DNA from: an uncultured Nitrospirota bacterium
GTDB lineage: Bacteria; Nitrospirota; Nitrospiria; SBBL01; CAZSHZ01
Reading direction: 5' to 3'
Assembly: GCA_964606955.1 (NCBI GenBank)
Contig: CAZSHZ010000170.1
Coordinates: 1-40,183 of the forward strand
DNA length: 40,183 nt
Position 1 is the stretch's first letter. Each line of letters opens with the position of its first letter. Under the pieces are notes generated by a model. The model was not told the DNA's origin. It ran no database searches and worked only from the letters and a program-made list of their open reading frames with translations. Below are positions 8,845 to 17,415 of the stretch, one piece after another. A program made the translations under genes and the position numbers.

Positions 8845-10101
8845 ATGAAACTCCTGGTGGTTGGGGGAGGGGGGCGCGAGCATGCGCTGATTTGGAAACT
8901 GCGCGCTTCCCGTCTGATAAAGAAGATCTACTGCGCCCCGGGAAACGGGGGGATCGGCCGGATCGCCCAGCGGGTCGCGCTGGACCCCTCAGACATTTCC
9001 GGGCTTGCCGCATTCGCGCGAAAAAATAGGATCGACCTGACCGTCGTCGGTCCGGAACTCCCTCTGTCGCTCGGAATCGTCGATGAGTTTGTCCGATTTG
9101 GTCTTTCGATCTTCGGCCCATCAAAACGGGCGGCGGAGATCGAGACAAGCAAGGCGTTTGCAAAGGAGTTTATGCTCCGGCATGAGATCCCCACCGCCGG
9201 GGCGAGGATCCTACCCGCCGACCAAGCGGCGGCGGAGGCCAAGCGGTGCCGGCTCCCGGTGGTCCTGAAGGCGGACGGGCTTGCCTCCGGAAAGGGGGTG
9301 ATCATCGCGAGGATCCGCGAAGAGGCGGCCGCCGGTGTGCAGGCGCTCCTTTCCCTCGGAAAATCCTCCTCCAAAATCCTCTTTGAGGAGATGCTGGAGG
9401 GGGAGGAGGCCTCGTTCCTTGTGCTCACCGACGGCAATAAGGTGCTCCCCCTTGCGGAGGCTCGCGACTACAAGAGGGTCGGGGAGAGCGATTCGGGACC
9501 GAACACCGGTGGAATGGGAGCCTATTCTCCGGTTCGTAAGATCCCTAAAAGCGTGCGGGATGAGGTGTTGGAGACGATCCTCCGTCCTGCGATCCGGGGT
9601 CTCGCCAAGGAGGGGAGGCCGTTTCTGGGGATCCTCTATGCCGGAGTGATGCTGACCTTTTCTGGGCCGAAAGTGCTGGAGTTCAACGCCCGCTTCGGGG
9701 ATCCGGAAACGCAAGTGATCCTCCCCCGCCTGGCAGGGGAGCTGGTCGAGCCTCTCGGCGCCTCTGCCGCCGGAAAACTCGGCGGAATAAGACTTCGATG
9801 GAAAAAGGAGACGGCCCTCTGCGTCGTGATCGCATCGGGCGGCTACCCGGGTCCGTTTGAGAAGGGCATTTCGATCCGAGGCCTTGCTGGATCCGGGCAA
9901 TTGTCGCAAGGGGATAAAGAGGCGCTTGTTTTTCATGCGGGAACGGAACTGGGGGAAACCGGGTGGAACACCAGCGGCGGGAGGGTTCTGGGGATTACCG
10001 TCCTGGGAGAAGGGATTCCGGCCGCCCGGGAGCGGGTTTACGCGGCCTGCAAACGGGTGGAGTTTTCTGGGATGCATTACCGGAGCGACATTGGAAAATA
10101 A
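8845..10101 (+). CDS. purD: Phosphoribosylamine-glycine ligase
   Basis: [20 protein letters not shown]-terminus and an ATP-grasp core ([23 protein letters not shown]). Confidence 0.96.
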   Translation: MKLLVVGGGGREHALIWKLRASRLIKKIYCAPGNGGIGRIAQRVALDPSDISGLAAFARKNRIDLTVVGPELPLSLGIVDEFVRFGLSIFGPSKRAAEIETSKAFAKEFMLRHEIPTAGARILPADQAAAEAKRCRLPVVLKADGLASGKGVIIARIREEAAAGVQALLSLGKSSSKILFEEMLEGEEASFLVLTDGNKVLPLAEARDYKRVGESDSGPNTGGMGAYSPVRKIPKSVRDEVLETILRPAIRGLAKEGRPFLGILYAGVMLTFSGPKVLEFNARFGDPETQVILPRLAGELVEPLGASAAGKLGGIRLRWKKETALCVVIASGGYPGPFEKGISIRGLAGSGQLSQGDKEALVFHAGTELGETGWNTSGGRVLGITVLGEGIPAARERVYAACKRVEFSGMHYRSDIGK

Positions 10102-10178
10102 AGCGGAAGGGGACAGGCGGGTGGGTGGGGGCGTGGGCGGAACGTCCGGGGTCCCCAAAGACCGCGTCTTTGGGGCAA
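10102..10178 (+). repeat. Repeat copy A (long form): G-tract module plus GGGGTCCCC-anchored 10-bp hairpin
   Basis: Starts immediately after the purD TAA. G-tracts span 10109-10137. GGGGT lies at 10148-10152. Stem CCCCAAAGAC (10153-10162), loop CGC, stem GTCTTTGGGG (10166-10175), perfectly complementary. The 5' module matches copy B at 36 of 40 hand-aligned positions. Confidence 0.8.
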
Positions 10179-10274
10179 TCAAAGCCTGACGCTCGCAGTA
10201 AGGATAGGGTAAATTGGCGGCCGCTGATCGCAGGCCTGCGGATTCCGCTGGTCATCGCCGGACTTGCCGTCTCA

Positions 10275-10847
10275 ATGGCGCTGGATGGGAGCGCTCGGGC
10301 GCTGGCGCGGGAGACGGATCTCTCTTCTCTGCATCCCATGGTCAGTGGGATGATCCGTGGAATCACCTTTCTGGGCGATTTTCCCCTGCTGATCAGCGTG
10401 TCGATTCTCCTCGCCGCATGGGGTTATTGGGTCCGTCATAGGGAGGGGGATCGCTGGTTTGATTTCGGATGGGGACTCTCCTTTTCTCTGGTCGTTGCGA
10501 GTGTCATCGTGAAGGTGTCCAAACACCTAATCGGACGGGAACGCCCCTTTCTCCTCCGCTCTCCCTACGTGGGGCCCGCGATGGCCGGACCGACATTGAT
10601 GGACGGGTACGACTCGTTTCCCTCCGGACATGCCGCCTCGGCATTCGTCGTGGCGGCTCTCCTGGCGGCGCGTTGGCCGTCTAGGAAGGGCTTTTTTTAT
10701 CTGATCGCCGTTCTGGTCGCTCTCTCCCGGCTCCTCCTTGATGTTCACTATCTTTCGGATATTCTTGCAGGCGGGATGATCGGATACTACACGGCCCGCG
10801 CCTATCTTGCTGCGGCCCGCCCCTCCGGAGAGCCCAAACCTTCTTGA
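10275..10847 (+). CDS. PAP2-family membrane phosphatase (lipid phosphate / undecaprenyl-PP / lipid A phosphatase family)
   Basis: All three PAP2 motifs are present: KHLIGRERP, PSGH, SRLLLDVHYLSD. Start set to the first ATG after purD (10275). The track's 9963 start overlaps purD and repeat copy A. Confidence 0.8.
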   Translation: MALDGSARALARETDLSSLHPMVSGMIRGITFLGDFPLLISVSILLAAWGYWVRHREGDRWFDFGWGLSFSLVVASVIVKVSKHLIGRERPFLLRSPYVGPAMAGPTLMDGYDSFPSGHAASAFVVAALLAARWPSRKGFFYLIAVLVALSRLLLDVHYLSDILAGGMIGYYTARAYLAAARPSGEPKPS

Positions 10848-10874
10848 CCCTTTCAATTTCCCTGTGATAGCGTC

Positions 10875-11414
10875 ATGAGGCTTATGGCCAAATCAAAGAG
10901 AAACCCTAAAGTTTCCCAGCCGAAAGTGGCGGTCGTGGTCGCCAGCGACTCCGATCTCCCTTTAATGGAACCGGCCTTTAAAATGCTGGCCGAGTTTCAG
11001 ATCCCGTTCCTCTCTACGCTTGCCTCCGCCCACCGCTCACCCGAACGAACCAGCCGAATCGTCCGGGAGGCCGAGGAGCGCGGCGTTTGCCTCTTCATCG
11101 CGGCGGCGGGAGGGGCGGCGCATCTTGCCGGCGTGATCGCGGCCCAGACGGATCGTCCGGTAATCGGAGTTCCGCTCGACACTTCCACGCTCTGTGGCCT
11201 CGATGCTCTCCTTGCCACGGTTCAGATGCCGGGGGGTGTGCCGGTCGCCACGATGGCGATCGGAAAGGCCGGAGCGAAGAACGCCGCGGTCCTAGCGGCG
11301 CGGATATTGGCTCTCTCCGATCCACAACTGGCTAGAAGAGTGGTTTCCTATAGAGCCGGTTTGGCGCGGGAGATTGAAGAGAAGGCCGCAAGGTATGAGA
11401 AGAATTTCCGTTGA
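10875..11414 (+). CDS. purE: N5-carboxyaminoimidazole ribonucleotide mutase
   Basis: KVAVVVASDSDLPLM...SAHRSPERT...AAGGAAHLAGV...PVIGVP, the characteristic PurE core. Alternative ATG at 10884. Confidence 0.93.
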   Translation: MRLMAKSKRNPKVSQPKVAVVVASDSDLPLMEPAFKMLAEFQIPFLSTLASAHRSPERTSRIVREAEERGVCLFIAAAGGAAHLAGVIAAQTDRPVIGVPLDTSTLCGLDALLATVQMPGGVPVATMAIGKAGAKNAAVLAARILALSDPQLARRVVSYRAGLAREIEEKAARYEKNFR

Positions 11415-12012
11415 CCCGACCGCCCCGGACGAAGCTGCGGTCCTGGAAACCGCTCAGCTGATCGCAAAAGGGGGGCTCGCAGTTATCCCAACCGACACGT
11501 TCTACGCCCTGGCGGGAAATCCCTTTGATCTAAAGGTTCTTGAGCGGATCTTCTCGGTAAAAGGCCGGCCGAAAGGCCGGCCGATCCTTCTTTTGATCGG
11601 AGAGGTGGGCGATCTATCAAAGATCGTCCCGGTCATCTCCGCGTTCGGGCGCCGGCTGATCGAACGGTTTTGGCCCGGACCCCTTACCCTGGTCTTCCCT
11701 GCCCCAGAGAATCTCCCTGCCGCCCTCACAGCCGGGACCGGCTCGATCGGAATCCGTCTTCCGGATTCTCCCTTTATCCGGGCAGTCTGCCGCCGCCTTG
11801 GGGGAGCGATTACGGGGACTTCGGCGAATCTGAGCGGAGAGAAGGAGTCGCTTACGGCCGAAGAGGCCGCGGGATCGTTGGGAGACCGGGTCGATCTGAT
11901 GGTGAACGGCGGCAGGGTGGGTGAGCCGGTCCCCTCAACCGTCGTTCGCGTGGTCGGCGAACGGATCGAGGTCTTGAGGGAGGGGAGGATTCCCCGTGCG
12001 GCTTTCAACTAA
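11395..12012 (+). CDS. tsaC: L-threonylcarbamoyladenylate synthase (YrdC/Sua5 domain)
   Basis: VIPTDTFYALAGNP and SVKGRPKGRPILLLI motifs, with a ...TSANLSGE tail. The ATG at 11395 is preferred over the TTG at 11374; it overlaps the purE end by 20 nt. Confidence 0.88.
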   Translation: MRRISVDPTAPDEAAVLETAQLIAKGGLAVIPTDTFYALAGNPFDLKVLERIFSVKGRPKGRPILLLIGEVGDLSKIVPVISAFGRRLIERFWPGPLTLVFPAPENLPAALTAGTGSIGIRLPDSPFIRAVCRRLGGAITGTSANLSGEKESLTAEEAAGSLGDRVDLMVNGGRVGEPVPSTVVRVVGERIEVLREGRIPRAAFN

Positions 12013-13402
12013 ACTCGTTCTGACGATGCTCGGCCTCCTCCTCCTCTCCCTGGGGGTCTCTTACCTCATCAACCTCCGGAGCGAGACGATCTTTCTGAAG
12101 AAGGTGCAGGATAACATCGGGGAGCTGTCGACCGCCATCCAGGTCTCCGTCGAGGAGTTGACGAGCACGGAGCGGACGAACGAGGCGCGGTTGGCGGATT
12201 ATGTCCGGCGGCTGAAAAGCAAGGGGGTCCAAGAGGTCTCGATCATCAATAATGAGGCGGAGATCCTTGCCTCCTCAAACCCCCGACGGGTCGGGGAGCG
12301 CCTTGATCCGAGGAAGAAGGATCTCTTCATTACGGCCCGCCTGGGCGAATTGCAGGGGGTTACGGAGCCCCAGCGGGAGTACAACCTTCTCGTTCCGATC
12401 GTGGTCGGAAACGAGCAGCGCGGATTCGTCCATATCATCATGCACCTAGATGATTATCAGAAACTTACCTCTTCGAATCTCCGAAGGAGACTGCTCACGA
12501 CCCTTGCGATCTTCTCTCTCGGCATCGGTGTTTCTATTTTCCTCTCGCTTAAATACACGCGGCCGATCGAGGAGGTTGCCCGAGCGGCAAAGCGGGTCGC
12601 GGCCGGAGATCTTTCCCGATCACTCCCGCAGCCGCTGGTCGTCGGCCGTCGAGATGAGATCGGTGAGCTCACCTCTTCGTTCAATGAAATGGTGGAGCGG
12701 CTGAGGGACCACCGTGAACTTCAGGAGCGGCTGCGGAAGGCGGAGCAGCTCTCAGCCCTTGGGCAGATGGCCTCCGGGATTGCCCACGAAATCCGGAATC
12801 CTCTCAATTTCATCAATCTTTCAATCGATCACATCGTCGCGAAGCGGAACGGTGTTGATCCCGCCGAGGTCGAAGAGTTGGTCCGGCAGATCAAAGCGGA
12901 GATCCACCGTCTCAACCAGATGGTGGAGAATTTCTTAAGATACGGGAAACCGCTCAAACTGAATTTAGTCCGCGTGGACCTCCGGCAGATCATCAATGAT
13001 GTCGTCGCCTTGGCGAGGCCGAAGGCGACCGAGCAGGGGGTCGGGATCGAGGTGGCCAACGGGAATCCCCTCCCGCTGGTGCGGGTCGATCCGGAACTGT
13101 TCAAGACCTGCCTGGTCAACGTGATCGGAAACGCGATTCAGGCCATGCCTTCCGGCGGACAACTCCGAATTGCCGCGGGGCAGCGGGGATCGACGGTCGA
13201 GGTCCTCTGCGCCGACAGCGGCTGCGGCATCGCTTCGGAGGATCTCGAAAAGATCTTCCAGCCCTATTTCACGACGAAAAAGTTGGGGATCGGACTGGGG
13301 CTTTCGTTCACGCGTCGGATTCTCGAGGAGCATGGGGGGTCGGTGCAGGTGGAGAGCTGCCTGCGGGAGGGGACGAAGGTGACGATGGCGGTGCCTCTAT
13401 GA
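11996..13402 (+). CDS. Sensor histidine kinase (two TM helices, extracytoplasmic sensor, HAMP, HisKA, HATPase)
   Basis: H-box SGIAHEIRNPLNFI, N-box VIGNAIQAM, G1 DSGCGI, G2 GIGLGLS. HAMP-like segment after the second TM helix (LLTTLAIFSLGIGVSIFLSL). GTG start. Confidence 0.9.
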   Translation: MRLSTKLVLTMLGLLLLSLGVSYLINLRSETIFLKKVQDNIGELSTAIQVSVEELTSTERTNEARLADYVRRLKSKGVQEVSIINNEAEILASSNPRRVGERLDPRKKDLFITARLGELQGVTEPQREYNLLVPIVVGNEQRGFVHIIMHLDDYQKLTSSNLRRRLLTTLAIFSLGIGVSIFLSLKYTRPIEEVARAAKRVAAGDLSRSLPQPLVVGRRDEIGELTSSFNEMVERLRDHRELQERLRKAEQLSALGQMASGIAHEIRNPLNFINLSIDHIVAKRNGVDPAEVEELVRQIKAEIHRLNQMVENFLRYGKPLKLNLVRVDLRQIINDVVALARPKATEQGVGIEVANGNPLPLVRVDPELFKTCLVNVIGNAIQAMPSGGQLRIAAGQRGSTVEVLCADSGCGIASEDLEKIFQPYFTTKKLGIGLGLSFTRRILEEHGGSVQVESCLREGTKVTMAVPL

Positions 13403-14793
13403 GCGCCGGGGCGGGCCGAACGGAAGAAAAGGTCCTGGTCGTCGACGACGAGGCGCCTCAGCGGGAGATCCTCAAGAAGATCCTCCAGTCCGAGGGGTAC
13501 TTGGTCTTGGGCGCCGGAAACGTCGCCTCGGCGCTTTGCCTCCTGAAGGAAGAAAAAATCGACCTCGTCATCACGGATTTGAAGATGCCCGATTCGGACG
13601 GGTTGTCTGCGGTCGACCGGATTCTCGGCGAGACCTCCGCCCCATGTATCATTATGACCGCCCACGGCTCGATCGATTCAGCCGTCGATGCGATGAAGAA
13701 GGGGGCGTTCGATTACCTGACCAAGCCGCTTGACCGCGAAGAACTGCTGGTCGCGGTGGCCCGGGGGCTTGAGAAGGTCCGGCTCATCGCGGAAAACCGG
13801 ATGCTGAAGAACCAGCTGCGCAAGCGTTTCTCGATCCACAACATCATCGGAATGCACCCTAAGATGCAGGAGATCTTCCGGACCCTCGAAAAGATCGCCC
13901 CCTCTTCCGCCACGATCCTCGTCCTCGGCGAGTCGGGCACCGGTAAGGAGCTGATCGCCCGGGCGATTCACTATAATAGCCCCCGCAAAGAGAAGCCGTT
14001 CCTTGCCATGAACTGCGCCGCAATTCCAGAGTCCCTCATCGAGTCGGAGCTGTTCGGACATGAGAGGGGCGCGTTCACGGGAGCCACGGACCGCTCCATC
14101 GGCCTGTTCGAGGCGGCGCAGGAGGGAACCCTCTTTCTCGATGAGATCGGGGACCTCTCCCTCCCCCTTCAGGCGAAAATTCTTCGGACGCTCCAGGAGC
14201 GGGAGATCCGCCGGATCGGCGGACGTGAGGAGATCAAGGTGGACGTCCGCGTCATCGCGGCAACCAATAAAGATCTTTTGGAAGAGATCAAGGAAGACCG
14301 GTTCCGCGAGGACCTCTACTACCGCCTGAACGTGGTCTCGCTTAGGATTCCATCCCTTTCTGAGCGGAGCACCGACATCCCCGATCTCGTCCGCCATTTC
14401 ATCCGGAAGTACCAGCGAAAGGGCAGCAGTGAGGTAAGGGGAGTCTCGCGGGAGGCGCTTCGGTTCCTCATGGAGTACTCCTGGCCGGGGAATGTCCGGC
14501 AACTCGAATCCGCAATCGAGCGGGCGATTCTCCTCTGCGCGGGAGAGGAGATCGGCGTTGAGGATCTTCCGAACGAGATCAGAAACCCTGCGTTGGGCGG
14601 GAAGATCGATTTCGAGATTCCCCCCGGTTTCTCGCTTGAAGAGTTTGAAAAAAATCTCCTGGTCAGCGCGCTGAGGAAAAACGACTGGGTGGTCAGCCGG
14701 GCCGCCAAGATGCTGGGGATTTCGTATCGAACCCTGCAGTATCGTCTTGAGAAATTTGCGATCCAGCGGACGGATGCGCCCTCACCAAATTAG
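13399..14793 (+). CDS. Sigma-54-dependent response regulator (NtrC/AtoC family: REC-AAA+-Fis HTH)
   Basis: REC domain (VLVVDDE...[11 protein letters not shown]), Walker A GESGTGKE, the sigma-54 contact loop ERGAFTGA, Walker B LFLDEIG, and a C-terminal [23 protein letters not shown] overlap with the kinase gene. Confidence 0.94.
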   Translation: MSAGAGRTEEKVLVVDDEAPQREILKKILQSEGYLVLGAGNVASALCLLKEEKIDLVITDLKMPDSDGLSAVDRILGETSAPCIIMTAHGSIDSAVDAMKKGAFDYLTKPLDREELLVAVARGLEKVRLIAENRMLKNQLRKRFSIHNIIGMHPKMQEIFRTLEKIAPSSATILVLGESGTGKELIARAIHYNSPRKEKPFLAMNCAAIPESLIESELFGHERGAFTGATDRSIGLFEAAQEGTLFLDEIGDLSLPLQAKILRTLQEREIRRIGGREEIKVDVRVIAATNKDLLEEIKEDRFREDLYYRLNVVSLRIPSLSERSTDIPDLVRHFIRKYQRKGSSEVRGVSREALRFLMEYSWPGNVRQLESAIERAILLCAGEEIGVEDLPNEIRNPALGGKIDFEIPPGFSLEEFEKNLLVSALRKNDWVVSRAAKMLGISYRTLQYRLEKFAIQRTDAPSPN

Positions 14794-14875
14794 AGCGGAA
14801 GGGGACAAGTCGGGCGGGTAGGGGCGTGGGCGGCGCACGCGGGGTCCCCACCGGCTCTTCCGGTGGAGGGGGCAA
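14794..14875 (+). repeat. Repeat copy B (long form): G-tract module plus GGGGTCCCC-anchored hairpin
   Basis: Starts immediately after the regulator's TAG. G-tracts span 14801-14830. GGGGTCCCC lies at 14841-14849. Stem CCACCGG (14848-14854), loop CTCTT, stem CCGGTGG (14860-14866), extendable through a bulged A to CC/GG. Confidence 0.8.
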
Positions 14876-15012
14876 CTTGAGCCCCTGTAATGGTGCGGCG
14901 GATACACCAAAAGGAAGACCGGCAGTTCCTACGGGCCAATCTTCCTCTCCTTCAGAATAAAAATCGTTCGGGAAGTCGAGACCTTACACGAGAGGGCGGT
15001 TAGAGGCTCTTC

Positions 15013-15028
15013 GGGTATGGGCTTTGCA
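15013..15028 (+). promoter_or_regulatory. Candidate sigma-54 (-24/-12) promoter
   Basis: gGGtAtG-ggct-TTGCA has GG at 15014-15015 and GC at 15026-15027. Spacing is exactly that of TGGCAC-N5-TTGCA. The -12 element is perfect and the -24 element is partial. It lies about 50 nt upstream of the ATG at 15078 and directly downstream of a sigma-54 activator gene. Confidence 0.4.
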
Positions 15029-15077
15029 GTTCACGCCTGCCGCGTTTTTCGTTATTCACTCTCGCGAGGAGAATAGA

Positions 15078-15422
15078 ATGAAAAAGTGGTTTCTCGTGTT
15101 TGGGGTTCTTCTGATGACCGCGTCCATTGCGATGGCCCAGGAGGCGAAGGCTCCGCCAAAGAGTAAAATGGCGGTCATCATGGTCAAGGGAGAAGTGACC
15201 TCGGTCGACGCCGCAGGCAACACGGTCACGGTAAAGGGGAAGGACAAGGAAATTAAATTAAACGTGACCGATAAGACGAAGATCATGGCCGGAAAGGAGA
15301 AGAAGGGGTTGGCGGACATCAAGGTCGGCGACAAAGTCGCGGCCCGGGCGATGGAGGAGGATGGAAAGACCGTGGCGAAAGCGATCCGGATTAAAGGGGA
15401 GAGTAAGGCCGAGAAAAAGTAG
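15078..15422 (+). CDS. Small secreted Lys-rich protein (114 aa), uncharacterised
   Basis: RBS AGGAGA at 15067-15072. Signal peptide MKKWFLVFGVLLMTASIAMAQE. The mature part is beta-rich (VTSVDAAGNTVTVKGKDKEIKLNVTDKTKI...KVGDKVAARA). The track's upstream extension (15024) was discarded. Confidence 0.75.
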   Translation: MKKWFLVFGVLLMTASIAMAQEAKAPPKSKMAVIMVKGEVTSVDAAGNTVTVKGKDKEIKLNVTDKTKIMAGKEKKGLADIKVGDKVAARAMEEDGKTVAKAIRIKGESKAEKK

Positions 15423-15427
15423 AGTTT

Positions 15428-15742
15428 TTAGTCCGTTTTTTTCGGGGGGGTTGCGGGCGCATCCTTTGAGGGGCCTTTGACCTCCCCTGACGTCCCCTTC
15501 GCCTCCCCCTCGGGCGCTTTCGACTGATCTTTTCCGCCCTCTTTCGGTTCTTTCTTCTTGCGGGCGTAGTCGGTTGCGTAGAAGCCGCTCCCTTTGAAGA
15601 CAAGCCCGGCCGGGGAACTTAAGACCTTTTTGAGGGGCCCTTTCTTACAATCCGGGCATGTCGACGGCGACGGATCGCTGAACTTCTGAATGATCTCCGT
15701 TCGGGAGCCGCAGGCTTGGCATTGATATTCGTAGATCGGCAA
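15428..15742 (-). CDS. FmdB-family zinc-ribbon protein with a Lys/Pro/Glu-rich tail
   Basis: MPIYEYQCQACG...CPDCKKGPLKKVLS...FKGSGFYATDY is the canonical FmdB/CxxC-CxxC signature. The TTG start directly abuts the aminotransferase stop. Confidence 0.85.
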   Translation of the reverse strand: MPIYEYQCQACGSRTEIIQKFSDPSPSTCPDCKKGPLKKVLSSPAGLVFKGSGFYATDYARKKKEPKEGGKDQSKAPEGEAKGTSGEVKGPSKDAPATPPKKTD

Positions 15743-16915
15743 TCAATCCCTCCTTAAAAGCGCTTTTTCGATCCGATCCATCGCCTCCGTAAGTTTCTCC
15801 AACGGAAGCGCGTATGAGATCCGCAGGTATCCGGCGGCCCCGAACGCCGTTCCCGGAACTGTGGCAACGCCTGCCTCCTCAAGAAGACGCTCCGCGAGCC
15901 GGACGTCGTCTTCGGGTCCGGAGCCTTTAGAGAAGTGAGGAAAGAGATAGAAGGCGCCGGCCGGAATCTGGCAGCGCGCCCCTGGAAGCTTGTTGAGGCG
16001 CTGGACCATCGCTCTTCTCCGGCGATCAAATTCATCAACCATTTTTCGGGCGAAATCCCCTGCTTCCGTCAGCGCCGCCACTGCCGCTTTCTGGGAAATG
16101 GACGTTGGATTGGATGTGCTCTGGCTCTGCACGGTCGTCATGGCGGCGATGATCTCCCTTGGACCGGCCGCATAACCGATCCTCCATCCGGTCATTGCGG
16201 CCGATTTTGAAACTCCGTTGACCACGATGGTCCTCTTTCGGACCTCCTCGGAGAGCGAGGCGATGCTGAAATGGCGCGCCCCCTGATAAATAAATTTTTC
16301 GTAGATCTCACCCGAAATGATCAAGAGATCCTTTTGAAGACAGATCGCGGCGATCCTCTCCAGCATCTCTCGATCGTATACGGCGCCGGTGGGATTTGAA
16401 GGCGAGTTGATGATCAGCGCCCGGGTCCGCGGCGTGATCGCGGCAGAGAGGGACTCCGGGGTTAAGAGGAAACCGTCTTCCTCGCGCGTCGGAACGATCA
16501 CCGGTTCGGCCTCGGCAAGGAGGATCTGATCGGGGTAGGTGACCCAGTACGGCGCCGGGATGATGACCTCGTCGCCCGGGCCGAAGAGGACCTGCGCGAG
16601 ATTGTAGAGGGAGTGCTTGGCGCCGCAGGAGACGATGATCTCATCGTTTTGATACCGAAGCCCGTTTTCCTTCAAGAGTTTGGTGGCGATCGCCCGCTTA
16701 AGCTCTTCAATCCCCGCGGGGGGGGTGTATTTGGTGAACCCTTTGCGGATCGCGTCTATCGCCGCAAGTTTGATCTCTAAAGGAGTGTCGAAGTCCGGTT
16801 CCCCGAGTCCCAGATCGATGATCTCCCGGCCTGTCGCCGCGAGCGACCGGGCCCGAGCCGCCATCGCCATCGTGGCGGAAGGGCGGATTTTCTTAAGGCG
16901 GGACGCGAATTTCAT
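15743..16915 (-). CDS. Class I/II pyridoxal-phosphate aminotransferase (aspartate aminotransferase-like)
   Basis: LGLGEPDFDTP, IINSPSNPTG, and the PLP-lysine motif NGVSKSAAMTGWRIGY. Confidence 0.92.
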   Translation of the reverse strand: MKFASRLKKIRPSATMAMAARARSLAATGREIIDLGLGEPDFDTPLEIKLAAIDAIRKGFTKYTPPAGIEELKRAIATKLLKENGLRYQNDEIIVSCGAKHSLYNLAQVLFGPGDEVIIPAPYWVTYPDQILLAEAEPVIVPTREEDGFLLTPESLSAAITPRTRALIINSPSNPTGAVYDREMLERIAAICLQKDLLIISGEIYEKFIYQGARHFSIASLSEEVRKRTIVVNGVSKSAAMTGWRIGYAAGPREIIAAMTTVQSQSTSNPTSISQKAAVAALTEAGDFARKMVDEFDRRRRAMVQRLNKLPGARCQIPAGAFYLFPHFSKGSGPEDDVRLAERLLEEAGVATVPGTAFGAAGYLRISYALPLEKLTEAMDRIEKALLRRD

Positions 16916-17415
16916 TTCCCCCTCAATTTCTGGGCGAGCCGTTTCATCACAGCAGGCGGGACGAACTTCGTCACGTCGCCGGAGAGGGAGGCGACCTCTT
17001 TGACGATGGTCGATGTGAGATAAGAATATTCCTCGCTCGGCATTAAAAAAACCGTCTCGACCTCCGCGGCCAGTTTGCGGTTCATCAATGCCATCTGGAA
17101 TTCGTATTCGAAATCGGAGACGGCGCGCAGGCCGCGGATGATTGCTCTTGCCCCTTTTTGTCTCACGTAATTGACCAGGAGCCCGGTGAAGGGCTCCACC
17201 TCCAGCCGTTCGAATCCGGTTGCCTCGCGGACCATCGACACGCGTTCATTGAGGCTGAAGAGCGGCTGCTTGCGGGGGTTGTGGGCAACCGCGACCGTCA
17301 CCGCGGAGAAGATCTTCAGGCTCCTTCGGATGATGTCGATGTGCCCGTTGGTGATCGGGTCGAACGTCCCGGGGTAGACCGCGAGGGACGCGCGTGTCTT
17401 ACGACTTTCTTTCAT
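16912..17415 (-). CDS. coaD: Phosphopantetheine adenylyltransferase
   Basis: AVYPGTFDPITNGHIDIIRR motif and conserved length (about 165 aa). Confidence 0.94.
   Translation of the reverse strand: MKESRKTRASLAVYPGTFDPITNGHIDIIRRSLKIFSAVTVAVAHNPRKQPLFSLNERVSMVREATGFERLEVEPFTGLLVNYVRQKGARAIIRGLRAVSDFEYEFQMALMNRKLAAEVETVFLMPSEEYSYLTSTIVKEVASLSGDVTKFVPPAVMKRLAQKLRGK

Noticed and set aside
14890-15000. 36-codon ORF (MVRRIHQKEDRQFLRANLPLLQNKNRSGSRDLTREGG) in the spacer after the NtrC-like gene.
   Set aside because: It has no Shine-Dalgarno sequence and no recognisable motif. The region is better explained as regulatory DNA upstream of the -24/-12 element.
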